From Candidatus Latescibacterota bacterium (GTDB taxonomy: Bacteria > Latescibacterota > UBA2968 > UBA8231), in the NCBI GenBank assembly GCA_965204725.1, contig OZ242005.1:4992001-5056000 (forward strand): a stretch of DNA of 64,000 nucleotides, given 5' to 3'. The notes under the pieces were generated by a model. The model was not told the DNA's origin, made no database searches, and was given only the letters and a program-made list of their open reading frames with translations. This document shows positions 29,591 to 40,384 of this stretch, one piece after another. A program made the position numbers and the translations under genes. Position 1 is the stretch's first letter. Each line of letters begins with the position of its first letter.

Positions 29591-30694
29591 ATGATGGCTG
29601 AACAACGCGACAGCACTACCGAGGAAATCGAGGGTCTTGGCAATAAGGAAGACTCGGCGTGGACAGACTATCCAATAGACACGTTACTGATCCGAAACGA
29701 GAGTCGTACCGTCTTTGATGTTTTGCGAAGAATTAACCAGAACAACTACATCATGGACCCGGAGTTCCAACGAGATTTTATCTGGCCGGAAGATACGCAG
29801 AGCAAACTCATTGAGTCCGTGCTGATGCGCATTCCTCTGCCAGTTTTCTATTTAGCAGAGGACGACCAAGGGCGAATGGTGGTTGTAGATGGATTGCAGC
29901 GCCTTTCGACGTTCAAGCGTTTTGTCGATGACAAGTTGTGCTTGTCGCTTCCGGGTCAAGATAAACTACACAAAAAGCGGTTCACCGACCTATCGCCCAA
30001 GCTCCAAAATCGCATTGAAGATTGCAACTTGATCTTCTACATCATTGACGCCAAAGTCCCGGATCGGGCTCGATTAGACATATTTGAGCGCGTGAATAGC
30101 GGGGAACCTCTCTCCCGACAGCAGATGCGCAACAGCTTGTACATGGGCAAGGCGACCCGTTTTCTCAAGGATGAATCGCGTACCGATATTTTTTCAGATG
30201 CGACAGGACGCAGCCTAAACAAAGATACGATGCGCGATCGCGAATTTGTCAACCGATTTTGCGCCTTCCAACTTCTCTCTCTTGATGAATACAAGGGAAA
30301 TATGGACGATTTTTTAGCACAAGTACTGAGAAAGATGAACAATCTAGAGCCGGAAGACCTATCGCGCTTATCGGCGGAATTTCGGAGAGGTCTCGCAAAC
30401 AATCACAAAGTCTTCGGCATCCATGCTTTCAGAAAACACAGCCGGGGACAGGAAAAACGAGGAGTCCTCAATGCTTCGCTTTGGGATGTGATGTCCACTG
30501 GGTTGTCGCGTTACCCAGAAAAATTGGTTGATGCCCATACAGAGGTCCTCAAGAGTAAGTTTTATACCCAGATGAATGACGAAGAGTTTGTACTATCTAT
30601 CACTCGAGGACCAAGTGATGTGCGAAAAGTTCGGCATCGGTTTCGCGTTGCCGACGCGATGTTCAAGGAGGTGCTCGGTGCTCACACAACTTGA
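29591..30694 (+). CDS. DUF262 (ParB/GmrS-like) domain protein, Menshen NsnA-like
   Basis: PEFQRDFIW, SKLIES, VVDGLQRL, IFERVNSG. Confidence 0.85.
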   Translation: MMAEQRDSTTEEIEGLGNKEDSAWTDYPIDTLLIRNESRTVFDVLRRINQNNYIMDPEFQRDFIWPEDTQSKLIESVLMRIPLPVFYLAEDDQGRMVVVDGLQRLSTFKRFVDDKLCLSLPGQDKLHKKRFTDLSPKLQNRIEDCNLIFYIIDAKVPDRARLDIFERVNSGEPLSRQQMRNSLYMGKATRFLKDESRTDIFSDATGRSLNKDTMRDREFVNRFCAFQLLSLDEYKGNMDDFLAQVLRKMNNLEPEDLSRLSAEFRRGLANNHKVFGIHAFRKHSRGQEKRGVLNASLWDVMSTGLSRYPEKLVDAHTEVLKSKFYTQMNDEEFVLSITRGPSDVRKVRHRFRVADAMFKEVLGAHTT

Positions 30695-30923
30695 TTTGCG
30701 GCATTTTAAGTGCTTTGAGCTACTTCACCTCCCGTTGTGCCCGCTGACGTTATTGGCGGGGACCAATGCCTCGGGGAAATCCTCGGCACTTCAGGCCCTT
30801 GTCTTGCTACATCAGATAATGCGCGAACACGAATGGTCACTTCGCCTCATGCTTAACGGCGAGTCCGTTCAACTGGGTACTGTATCCGATGTCGTGGATA
30901 AAGTATATAGCGATCCGAAATGA
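30678..30923 (+). pseudogene. AAA/OLD-type ATPase (DUF3696-like, NsnB-like) truncated by IS630
   Basis: LRHFKCF, LTLLAGTNASGKSS Walker A; frame runs into the IS end at about 30907. Confidence 0.8.
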
Positions 30924-32041
30924 CTTGAAAGATTTAGGTCTGCTTTTTATTTTGTCGTCTGGTTTTCTATCGTCCTCTTTTTTCGGCGTGTTTTGGTATG
31001 GATTCGGATTCGTCCTTAGCCGCGTTTATCGCCAGCAACCCCGACGCCCATGAACTCAAACGTGCGTTAGCGGTTCAGATGACCTTGTTGGGCTTCAAAC
31101 AACGTAGGATTCAAGCGGTTCTCGGCGTTCAGTCGGGTTTCATCAGTACGTGGAAAAAGCGCTATGTATCCGAGGGGGTCGCCTGCTTTCGTTTGGGCTA
31201 TAAAGGCTCGCAACCCTATTTGTCGGCCGATCAGCGCGCCCAACTCACAGTGGTTGGCGAGCCAATCGCAGCCTTCGGTGGCGTCGTTAGCCTCCTATAT
31301 CCAAAGGCCGTTTGGCGTGGTCTTTCGCTCCTCGCAGAGTTATTACGATCTGCTTTCGCAGGCGGGCTATCGTTGGAAAAAGACCCAAGCTCGTTCGCCC
31401 AAAGCCGACCCCCAAGCGGGGATCGCACGGCGCGCCGAGATAAAAAAAACTAGCCGCGCATAAGGAGGACCTCCAAGCGGGTCGTCTCCGTGCCTTTTTT
31501 GTCGACGAGTCGCACCTACACTGGGGCGATGCCTGTGGGTATGCTTGGGGACGGTCGGGTCAACGGCGTACGGTGTGCATTGAAAATGAACGGCAACGGC
31601 AAACCTATTATGGGGCCTTGGATGGGGTTAAGGGCCCCTTCCTCATGCAAAGCTACCCGAAGGCGAATTCACAGCATACGGTGGACTTTATACGCTATAT
31701 ACAACAGCGTCGTCCCGGTCCGCAGGTGTTGATCTTTTGGGATGGGGCGTCCTACCATTATCAACAGGCCATGCGGGCTTTTCTCAAAACAATCCAAGCA
31801 CACCGACCGACCGATGAATGGAAGGTACGCTGTATGCGATTAGCCCCTTATACACCACAAGAAAATCCCATCGAAGATATTTGGTTAAAAGGGAAAACCT
31901 TTGTGCGTACTCATGCGTTGTGGACCACAAGCTTTGAACAGATCAAAGACCTATTTGTCGAGGGCATTCGACAGAAAAAATACTTCCATTTTCCTAAGTT
32001 ACAGCAATATATAACATCTCTTAAATGATGTAGAATTGCTA
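30908..32041 (+). mobile_element. IS630 family element
   Basis: TA-flanked imperfect TIRs TATAGCGATCC and GAATTGCTATA; HTH and DDE transposase segments inside. Confidence 0.85.
30998..32028 (+). pseudogene. IS630 transposase, frameshifted
   Basis: HTH part shifts frame near 31248; A7 run at 31442-31448; DDE part FVDESH...WDGASYH...NPIEDIW. Confidence 0.8.
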
Positions 32042-34315
32042 TAGGCGTATGTATTCGTCTTTGATGCCATAGTCTTGAATGTGTTTTTTTACAAAACTTA
32101 TTTTGCCATCTCTACTCTCTCTGAATTTGTATTTCTCTTTTAGACTTGTTTCCTCAAGAAAATCGAAATCATGCAGCACTTTGTACAAGTCTTCTCTTAA
32201 AAAATGGAAAGCAATTTTATCTCTTTTGCTTATTATACCCGAGTTGCTCTGCATAAAAATATCCGTTAGAAGCCAACCCTGTTCGTATTCCTGCCACAAT
32301 GCCTCGTCCTGCGGAATAAAAAGATAAGCGGGCGCGGACGGTTTCAGTTTTGTCCATTCCATGTCGTCCTTTTTGCTTGCCAACAGGGTTTTGTATTTTT
32401 CGTGCCGCCTTCCCCATAAATCGGCGTGATACACGGCCCGCCGCAGCCCTTGCTTTTTTATCATCAGCGAGACCGCCACGCCTTGCTCGATGTCGAATAT
32501 GTTCTCGTCTTTCGCCCCCACTGGGGGTTGCTCTTTTTTTCGCGTATTGCCGTGCAGGTCGAGAAGGTATATCTGATTAAAGGTTTGCAGTAAGGAGTGC
32601 CGCATCCCCCGAAAAGTGGGATTGTCCAAAAAGGAATGATTGGTGATAATCGCGACGACGCCTTCTTCCACTTGCTCCATTTTCCACTGGGCGAAGCGGA
32701 TAAATTTCACGTAATCGTCTTGCAGCCACTTGACGTTTTTTTCGCCTAGCGGTTTGCCAGCCACTTTTTTGTACGTGTCAATTTCCTTTGTGATCCAAGT
32801 GCCAGTGTTCTTGGAATGTCCCGAATAGGGTGGGTTGCCAGTAATGACCAAAATGGGCCGGTCCTTGATGGCCTGTGCAGCCCGTACTTCGAGCGTCAGG
32901 GCTGGCAACAGCCAATTCGCCTGCGGCTCTATGGGCTCTAACGTGTTGGTTAGGTAAATGTTCAGCCGCTCGTCGTCCTGCATGGCGTAGCCTTTGTCTT
33001 GCAGAAATTGCGACAGCTTGAGATGAGCAACCGTGTACGGAGCGATGAGGAACTCAAAGCCGTACAGGTTTTTCAGGATGTGCTCCTTTACAATTCGTCG
33101 GTGCAAGCCCTTGGATGTCCCCGCGAATATCCGCTGCAACACTTCGAGCAGAAAAGTGCCCGTGCCGGTGGCAAAGTCCAGCACGGTGACGCGCTTGTGG
33201 TCGGCCAGTCCTCGGCGAATGCCAAAGGTCCGCTTGAGAATATCCTCTGCGGCTTGGACGATGAAGCTGACCACCGGCGGCGGAGTGTAGTACACGCCGC
33301 GCCCTTTTCGCGTCTCCTTGTCGTACGCACTCAGAAAATCCTCGTAGAAATACACATAAGGGTCTTTGTCGAACAGCAACCGCTCTTCCTCGGTGGAGTG
33401 CCGCGTCCCCTTGGCAAAGGCGAGGTCGGCGTGAATGGCCGCCAAATCGAGCGCGTTCATAATGCCGAGGATTTCTTCTAACAGCCACTTGATGTCTTGG
33501 TACTCGGGCCGCTCCAACTCGTCTAGGAAGCCCACCAATTCGCGGATGAGCGCGAAATTAGCGGGAATGTGGTTCTTGGCGTTTTGGAGGGTCACCGCGT
33601 CTGCTTCGGCGTTCAGCTTTGCCAAGAACAGGCCGTAGCCCAGCGTCTGGGCGAACGCATTGGCAAACTCGTCGAGAGACAGTTCGTAAAACACGGCCTC
33701 CGTAAAAAACTCGTATAGACCATAGAGCCGCCCCGGCGGCGGCTCCCGTTCCTGCCGCTCCAGTTCTTCGCGCAGGAAATCGCGCAGATCGTGGCAGCGC
33801 ATGGCGAGGGCCTCGGCTAGCTTCTTGGCGTCCGCCAATTTTTGCGGCACCGCCGACAAAAAGCTACCGATCAGCCCGGCCACTTTTTCGGCCTTGTCGG
33901 GATCTAGCCGTGCCCGGCGGTTGCCAACATCGCTGCGATAACAGAGCGTCTCCCGCTTGGCAATGTGGCCGTCTTGCAACCACACCCATTCGAGGTAGTT
34001 GGTCACAACGATGTTGTTGGAGAGCTGCTTGTACTTGGCGATTTGCGTGGATTGCAGAACGGAGTCTAAGGATTCGTCGATCTTCTTGTTTTCCAAATAG
34101 CCGAGAATCGCCTCGTGGACCTTGAACTTAAAGTCCGGCGCACCGAGTCGGTTCGCATCCCGCTTAGGCTCGTGAATGACGGCGATGGTTGAGTCAGCGC
34201 GAGCCGCCAAAGACTTGAGCAGGTTTTCCAGCGGACCGCGCAAGGTGTGCTCTGTGGCCTCGGAAACATCCAGTTCTTTAATGGCCTCAAAATACGGCGC
34301 AAAGAGGTCGCTCAT
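32039..34315 (-). pseudogene. Type ISP/IIG restriction-modification enzyme (N-6 methylase), 3'-truncated by IS630
   Basis: PDF...GYLENK nuclease motif; GVYYTP, LDFATGTGTF, GNPPY; ORF ends at the IS boundary early in the C-terminal specificity domain. Confidence 0.82.
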
Positions 34316-34394
34316 TGTGTATTCTTCCTCGATAACCAACGGCATACTATTCGGCCTCTAATGATTTAGCTTAGTACGCGACCCTTTCGCTGCG

Positions 34395-34478
34395 TCCGGG
34401 ATCGAGGGCGTCCCGCCCTCGACGAGGGCAAGATGCCCTCGATCCTGGGGAGGTTGGCCGCTGGTGTCGTGTAGTAAG
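34395..34478 (-). repeat. REP-like double-hairpin element, copy B
   Basis: Reverse complement of 11814-11898, hairpin core identical. Confidence 0.85.
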
Positions 34479-34536
34479 TGATTTAGGATTGCTACACCAC
34501 CAGCGCAAGGGAAAAACGCAAACCATGTTATGCCGT

Positions 34537-36348
34537 TCACTGCTCTCGATCCAAGAATTGTCGCGCCTCCGCGTGGTTGGGATCGTGCTGCAAGACGCGG
34601 GCCAAGGTGCGCTGGGCTGCGTCCGCTGAACCGTGGCGCGCCAACAGCAAGCCCTGCCGATACAGGGCTTCCGCGTCGCCGGGATCGAGCTCAATACACG
34701 CCTGAAAGCTGCGCCAAGCCTTGCGCGGCTGTCCCAATTGCAGGTGCGCCAATCCGAGCAAATAGTGGCTGTCGCGGTGATCGGGGTCGATAGTCAAGGC
34801 GCGTTGGCTGGCAATCGCCACGGCCTGCGGATCGCCGGCTTGGTACGCCACCTTGGCCGAGCCGTAATGCGCCCGCACCGAAGTAGAATCCACGTCGAGT
34901 GCTCGGTTAAAGAAATGACGAGCAGAGTCCGGCTGGTCGCTAGCGGCATACGCTTCGCCCAACAGGCAGTGAACCTCCACGTGGTCCGGGGCCAGCGCGA
35001 GGGCGCGTTGGAGGACTGAGATGCCCCGCGCCGGTGCGTCTTGATACAGATAGACCATGCCCAAGCGAATGCGCGCCCGCAGGTGGGAGGAATCGGCCTC
35101 CACAGCGCGGGTCAGCAGCGCTGCGGCGCGATCCCAAGAGCCGCGATTGGCATTGCGTAGCCCCGCCTTGTAGTGGCGGTCGACCGCGCTCAGCCGCTGG
35201 AACTCGGCTGCGGCGGCCGCCGCTTGGTCGGGTTGCCCGGCCTGTGCGTATGCCAAGCTCAGCCGGTAATAGACGCTGTAATCGGCCGGATTTAACTGGA
35301 GCGCACGTTCCAAAGTAGCGACCGCGGCCGGATGACGCTGCTTGGTATAGACGCCGGCCAAATCGACGAGGGCGGCCGCGTTTTCCGGGGCCAAGGTCAA
35401 GACCTTTTTAAGCATGGCGGCCGCGGCAACCAAATCGCCGCTGCGGGCCAGCAAGTCGCTGCGTCGGTGCAGGGCTTGGACGTGGTCCGGTTGCAAGGCG
35501 AGTACCGAGTCGTACGCGGCCAACGCCCCTTCAAAATCCGCCAAAGATCGCCGCGCTTCCCCGAGGCGAAAGTGATAGTGCGGTTGGTCCGCGCTTTGTG
35601 CAATAGCCCGCTGAAAACAAGCGGCCGCGCCCTCGTACTGATGCTGCATTTGCAAGGTGGTGCCCAGTGCGTAGTGCAAGTCGGCCTGTTCCGGCGCGAG
35701 GGCTATGGCGCGTTCAAACGCGGGTGTGGCCTGCTCGTTTTCGTTCAAGCGGGCGTGTGCCAAACCCATGTAGAAATGCGTCTGCGCGAGGCCGGGCGCA
35801 TGCGCGGCGGCTCGCTTTAGCACGGCGAGTGCCCGGCGGTGGCGGCCCTGTTTGAGCAACGCCTCGCCGCGCTGGCTCAACAGCGCACCCCACTGCTGGG
35901 CTTTGCGGGCCAGCAGCGAATCCGGCAAGGCCCGTTCTAGCGGCTCGGGATAGACGCGCACCTCGTGCCCGCGCTGTTGGCGCACCCTCGCCAACAAGGC
36001 CCCGGGCGTGCCTTCCTTCAGAGCGGCTGGGTACGGGTCTTGGTAATAAGCGCGGATCTCTGCGGCGGCTAGCTGGGTGCTATCCAAGCCTTGGGCACGG
36101 GCCGCCGACTGCAACAAATAGCGATCGATGATTAGCTGGAGATACTGGCGTCGAACCGCCGCGGCGTCTTGGGGCCGGGCTGCGTCCAACAGGCCGAGGT
36201 CGGCGGCGGGAAGCTGCTCGACGTAAGCGCGTAGGGCGTCGGCATCAATGCGATGAGGGCCAATCGCTGCGACCACCGGGGCGTCGGCCGGCGCACACGC
36301 TGGCAGCACCCAAACGACCCACCCCAGCGCCCCTCTTCCCCAGCGCAT
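34537..36348 (-). CDS. Lipoprotein with SurA/PrsA-like N-terminal segment fused to TPR repeats
   Basis: Lipobox LPAC; VVAAIGPHRI...YLQLIIDRYLL; more than 10 TPRs. Confidence 0.8.
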   Translation of the reverse strand: MRWGRGALGWVVWVLPACAPADAPVVAAIGPHRIDADALRAYVEQLPAADLGLLDAARPQDAAAVRRQYLQLIIDRYLLQSAARAQGLDSTQLAAAEIRAYYQDPYPAALKEGTPGALLARVRQQRGHEVRVYPEPLERALPDSLLARKAQQWGALLSQRGEALLKQGRHRRALAVLKRAAAHAPGLAQTHFYMGLAHARLNENEQATPAFERAIALAPEQADLHYALGTTLQMQHQYEGAAACFQRAIAQSADQPHYHFRLGEARRSLADFEGALAAYDSVLALQPDHVQALHRRSDLLARSGDLVAAAAMLKKVLTLAPENAAALVDLAGVYTKQRHPAAVATLERALQLNPADYSVYYRLSLAYAQAGQPDQAAAAAAEFQRLSAVDRHYKAGLRNANRGSWDRAAALLTRAVEADSSHLRARIRLGMVYLYQDAPARGISVLQRALALAPDHVEVHCLLGEAYAASDQPDSARHFFNRALDVDSTSVRAHYGSAKVAYQAGDPQAVAIASQRALTIDPDHRDSHYLLGLAHLQLGQPRKAWRSFQACIELDPGDAEALYRQGLLLARHGSADAAQRTLARVLQHDPNHAEARQFLDREQ

Positions 36349-36353
36349 CTGAA

Positions 36354-38486
36354 TCAATAGACGAGCGAGATCGTGCCGACCCGGCTCGCGGTCTCGGCGT
36401 CCGTGTCTAGGGAGATGCGGTAGATATAGTGCCCCGGCGGCACCGGCTGGCCGGCGTCGTCGCGCCCATCCCACACCGGCACGGCGGCGCCGCGGTCGAA
36501 CAAGCCGCGCACCGCGTTTAGCTGCTTTAACTGCCGCACCCGCCGGCCCGCCAGATCGTAGATGCCCACGGTGAGCGTGCGCTGCACTGACACGTCGTGG
36601 AGCTGAAAGCGGAACTCGGCCGCGTCGTTGAGGCCGTCGCCATTGGGGGTGAATGGATTGGGCGCGACGCGAACTCGCGCCAGCGGATTCGCGCCCAACT
36701 CGTCGGTGCGTACGCCGAGGGAATTGCCCGGAAAGTCAATGGAGGCGTCCCCGGGATCAATGAGTTGTTTGACGCCGTCGCTCTCGCTATCGAAGACCCA
36801 GCCTTGGAACTGGGTTCCATAGCGCACCACGTGGGCGGCGAACTCCACCTCGATGAGCTTGAAGGTGTCGCTCGCGCCCGCCAGCTTGGGCAGGGCCACG
36901 ACGATGCGGTCGTCGAGGATTTCGACCGGAAAGTCGCGGCCCAAAACCACGCCATCCACGCGCACGGCATGCACGGCCTCGGCGCGAGTCAGGGTGAAAA
37001 TTTCCAGCCGATCAAAGCCCGTGTCGCCGGTCGCAAAGGTCGGCCGCACGCTATAGGTGAAGTCCGTGCTCTCGTTGCGCGCGACATCCTGCGGCCAAAT
37101 CTCCCCAACGACCTCTAACGCGGCCGGCGGCGCGAACTGAATTTCTAGGGTGCGCAACGCACCGGCTTGGTGCAAGCTGGACAGGAAAATTACTTGGATT
37201 TGCAAATAGCGCTCGGGGCCGGGCGAGAGGATGGGGGTGCCATCGGCCCACGCGGCCGCTGCTAAGGTCGAATCGCGCTGACCGGCCATCAGCGCGTAGG
37301 GTGCCGACCAGAAGCTCCAGTTCTCTTCGTCGAGCGTCGTAAAGCGCACGGACAAATCGGCGCGTTCAAACTCCTTGCGGATTAACTGCGTTGGCTCGCC
37401 TTCTATGTTGCTCGGCACCCAGTACAAATTCGGGTCTGGGTCGCGGCCCGAGCGCGTGCGAATAATCACGCTAGACCCCTCTGCAAACGCGCCATCCCAG
37501 CGAATTTTGCCCCACGCCATGGGCGCACCAAAGTCGAGCACGGCCGTGGTGTACACGGCGCGTTCGACAAAGCCCTCGCCAAAAATCTCAAATTCGGCGA
37601 TCTCCCAGTTTTCAATCGGGTTGAGTGGACGCACGGCTACCCACTGGAACTGCTGGGTAGGGAAGCGAATATCGACGATGGGGTCCAAGTTTTCGGTTTC
37701 CTTGCTCAGGGTAATCAGGCGCGAGTCGTTGGGCGCATCTACGCGGGTGCTGCTTATCCGCGTGAACCAGCGGTTTTCAGCGGTGCTCAAATAGCAATGG
37801 GAGGCAAATTTGTTGGAGCTGTTGGCCGCTGAGACCTCGTACCACGGCAGAAAATTTTCGGCAAAATCCTCCTCGGCCAAGTCTTCTTTGGCCAGTCGCG
37901 GCTCGCCCATCAGCGCGAGCAACTCGTCGATTTTGGGGTTGGCAGTGCCCAGCCGCGGGTAAAAGCGGATCCGATTGATCGGGTAGTTGATGCCCAACTC
38001 GACGATTGAGTTTTGGACGTACAATCGAGTCTGGATGCCGCTGTTCTCGCTGGTGCTGACGTTGAAAAACGCCGCCGTGTTGGGGTCGCCGTCGAACATG
38101 GGGGCCACCTGTACCAGTTGGGTGGAGATGTCGCTGCAACTCCCGCTGGTGGTGATGTTGTTGGAAATGCCGCGGGCAATGCGGGTGCGGGCCTCGGGGT
38201 GCGCCAAGTTCAAATCCGGCGGCACGAAAAACGGCCGCATCCACGGCCCATCGGCCGCATCCACGATCTCGTTGAGCGTGTCTTCCCACGTGGCATAGGC
38301 GATATTGGAAGCCACTGGGCGCATCTCAAGCGGCGCGCCCGCAGAATCGAGCACCGCGTAGTGCCCCGGCTCAAACGACAGGGGTGCCGTCCAAGCATTG
38401 CCGTCCTCGCCGCCAAGTTTGTACGCGTTGAAAGCGAGGGCCGGCAAGGCACTCAACGCGCCGAGCAAAAGACCAATAAAGAGCAT
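36354..38486 (-). CDS. Secreted protein with C-terminal gliding-motility/FlgD-Ig domain (paralog 1)
   Basis: Signal peptide; PNPFTPNGDGLND, IYDLAGRRV, WDGRDDAGQPVPPGHY. Confidence 0.85.
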   Translation of the reverse strand: MLFIGLLLGALSALPALAFNAYKLGGEDGNAWTAPLSFEPGHYAVLDSAGAPLEMRPVASNIAYATWEDTLNEIVDAADGPWMRPFFVPPDLNLAHPEARTRIARGISNNITTSGSCSDISTQLVQVAPMFDGDPNTAAFFNVSTSENSGIQTRLYVQNSIVELGINYPINRIRFYPRLGTANPKIDELLALMGEPRLAKEDLAEEDFAENFLPWYEVSAANSSNKFASHCYLSTAENRWFTRISSTRVDAPNDSRLITLSKETENLDPIVDIRFPTQQFQWVAVRPLNPIENWEIAEFEIFGEGFVERAVYTTAVLDFGAPMAWGKIRWDGAFAEGSSVIIRTRSGRDPDPNLYWVPSNIEGEPTQLIRKEFERADLSVRFTTLDEENWSFWSAPYALMAGQRDSTLAAAAWADGTPILSPGPERYLQIQVIFLSSLHQAGALRTLEIQFAPPAALEVVGEIWPQDVARNESTDFTYSVRPTFATGDTGFDRLEIFTLTRAEAVHAVRVDGVVLGRDFPVEILDDRIVVALPKLAGASDTFKLIEVEFAAHVVRYGTQFQGWVFDSESDGVKQLIDPGDASIDFPGNSLGVRTDELGANPLARVRVAPNPFTPNGDGLNDAAEFRFQLHDVSVQRTLTVGIYDLAGRRVRQLKQLNAVRGLFDRGAAVPVWDGRDDAGQPVPPGHYIYRISLDTDAETASRVGTISLVY

Positions 38487-38667
38487 ATCCCGACCTCGGC
38501 TTTTAAGGGATGGAGGGCGTGGATGCAACACAAGCCGACGGTACGCAGTTTACCGGAAAATGCTTCATGTTTCAAGTAAATTGCAAGATCAAGATATAGA
38601 GTAGCAAAAGGGGACCTCTTTCAAAAGTGAGACCCCATTTCGCGAACTCGCCCCTTTAGCCCTCGCA

Positions 38668-39726
38668 CTACCAAGGAATGGCGTCGTATAGAAAGGCCGC
38701 GGCCTCGGCGTGTGCCCGACTGTTGGGATGCAAATCCGTCGGGTGAACCCAATAGTCCCGGGCGTCCTTGCCAGCGAATAGCGGGAGCAGGTCCACGTGG
38801 TGGATCCCCTCTTGCCGCGCCACGGCCTCAATGATTTCGTGGACCTCTGTTAGGGGGTAGGCGTCCAGTTGGTGGAATACAGGCCAGACGACCAAAGAGA
38901 AGGCAATCCCCTTCGCCGAGCAGTACGTCTTCATCCGGCGGAGCACCTGCCGGGTCTGGGGCCAATGGGGGTTGTTGGTGTAGAGTTGTCGATACCACTC
39001 AATGGTTTCGCCAGCGATCTGCTGCCGGTGCAAGCGCCGGGCAAACCAACGCAGGGTATAGCTGGCCCGTCCCGCCAAGTTAGATTCCCCTTCCTTCTTC
39101 AAAGGAGGTCCTTTACCTTTATTAATTGGATCATTTAGGACAAACAAATACACGACGCGATCAACCCGAGCAAGGAACTTGGCGTAGCGCTCCATTTTCT
39201 GGGCGATCCGATCGATATCCCAGCCCGGCTTACAGCCATTGAAGAGCCGATAATGCTCGGCTGGGTACTCCCGATTCAATCGGGCCTCCAAGACATTTGA
39301 AAAGCGATCCACCACCCGCACCCCGTAACCAAAGCAAAAGGAGTCGCCGACCAACAAGACGATTTTGTCCCGCTCCGCATCGAACGCAGCCATGGGCCGC
39401 TCGCGCAGTCTCTCTTCGTTGCGGCGTATCTCAATGGCATTGGGCACTTTACGCGGCGATAGATTGGCGAAAGCGGGATCTTTGCTGACATTCCACTGAT
39501 AGGTCAACTCCCCAAACGGGTGTGCCCGCCGCAGATCCCAGTCGGGCGTACCCGCAAAGTGGTCGTCGTAGCACACTAGATCAAGGCTTGGATCGTCTGT
39601 CTTGTAATAGACCATGGGATAGATCGGCTCGGCCTGAGCGAGGAGCCAAAAAGAGACTTCAACCACGAGCGCACTAACGGCCAAACTGGCAACGACCAAC
39701 AGCAACTTACCGCCGATCTTGCTCAT
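38668..39726 (-). CDS. Membrane-anchored SGNH/GDSL hydrolase
   Basis: N-terminal TM; VGDSFCFG, FVLND, DLHPN. Confidence 0.82.
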   Translation of the reverse strand: MSKIGGKLLLVVASLAVSALVVEVSFWLLAQAEPIYPMVYYKTDDPSLDLVCYDDHFAGTPDWDLRRAHPFGELTYQWNVSKDPAFANLSPRKVPNAIEIRRNEERLRERPMAAFDAERDKIVLLVGDSFCFGYGVRVVDRFSNVLEARLNREYPAEHYRLFNGCKPGWDIDRIAQKMERYAKFLARVDRVVYLFVLNDPINKGKGPPLKKEGESNLAGRASYTLRWFARRLHRQQIAGETIEWYRQLYTNNPHWPQTRQVLRRMKTYCSAKGIAFSLVVWPVFHQLDAYPLTEVHEIIEAVARQEGIHHVDLLPLFAGKDARDYWVHPTDLHPNSRAHAEAAAFLYDAIPW

Positions 39727-39796
39727 AAGGCGGCCGGCTCCTGCTGCCCACAGGCGACGAGCACCGCCATGCCCCGTGCGCTCCACATCGACAAAT

Positions 39797-39849
39797 GGGC
39801 AAGAGGCCCTCGATCCTTAGAAGGCTGGAGGCTGGTGTCGTGTAGCAAG
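39797..39849 (-). repeat. REP-like element, partial degenerate copy C
   Basis: gggcaagaggccctcgatcct...gctggtgtcgtgtagcaag matches copy B. Confidence 0.7.
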
Positions 39850-40384
39850 TGGAGCACTAAAAGAGGCGTGGCTAGCCCTAGGCCGCACTCGGCGTACAGA
39901 CGAAGGCCGCATGGCACTGCGAGGGCCTTGGAGCCGTGCAGCAAGCCCCTCGCTACGCCAAACGACCTCGCACGATCGGTAGGCCGATGATGAGAAGCAG
40001 AGAATTTCGTGCTTAGTGATCGAGAAGAATTGGGGGGTAATTTCTTGTCTTTCAACGACTTACAGCATTTATTGAAGGTGAAATCTTGGCACTGGTAGTA
40101 CGAGGGAGTCGGCGTGGCGGGTTGGGCCAGCAACAACGGCATCGCCAATGGGAGGTAGTTTCTCATCTTCCGGTCCGTCCGACGGGCGGAACAGTGCGCT
40201 CCGCTTCAGGGCTACAAGCATAAGAAAACGCCAAAGAGGGGCGTGTCAAGAACGCATCGAAGGAGGGCGAAAGGCGATTTTCACCGATTCGGGTATTTAT
40301 TAGATAGCTTCACGAAAAAACTCGTTATGCACTCTTTTGGCTGGGTTCTATATTAGCACATCCATTTCTAACAGGCAGGCTCTT

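Noticed and set aside
39723-40166. 147-aa minus-strand ORF with a signal-like start
   Set aside because: It runs through repeat copy C and has atypical composition; at most a gene remnant
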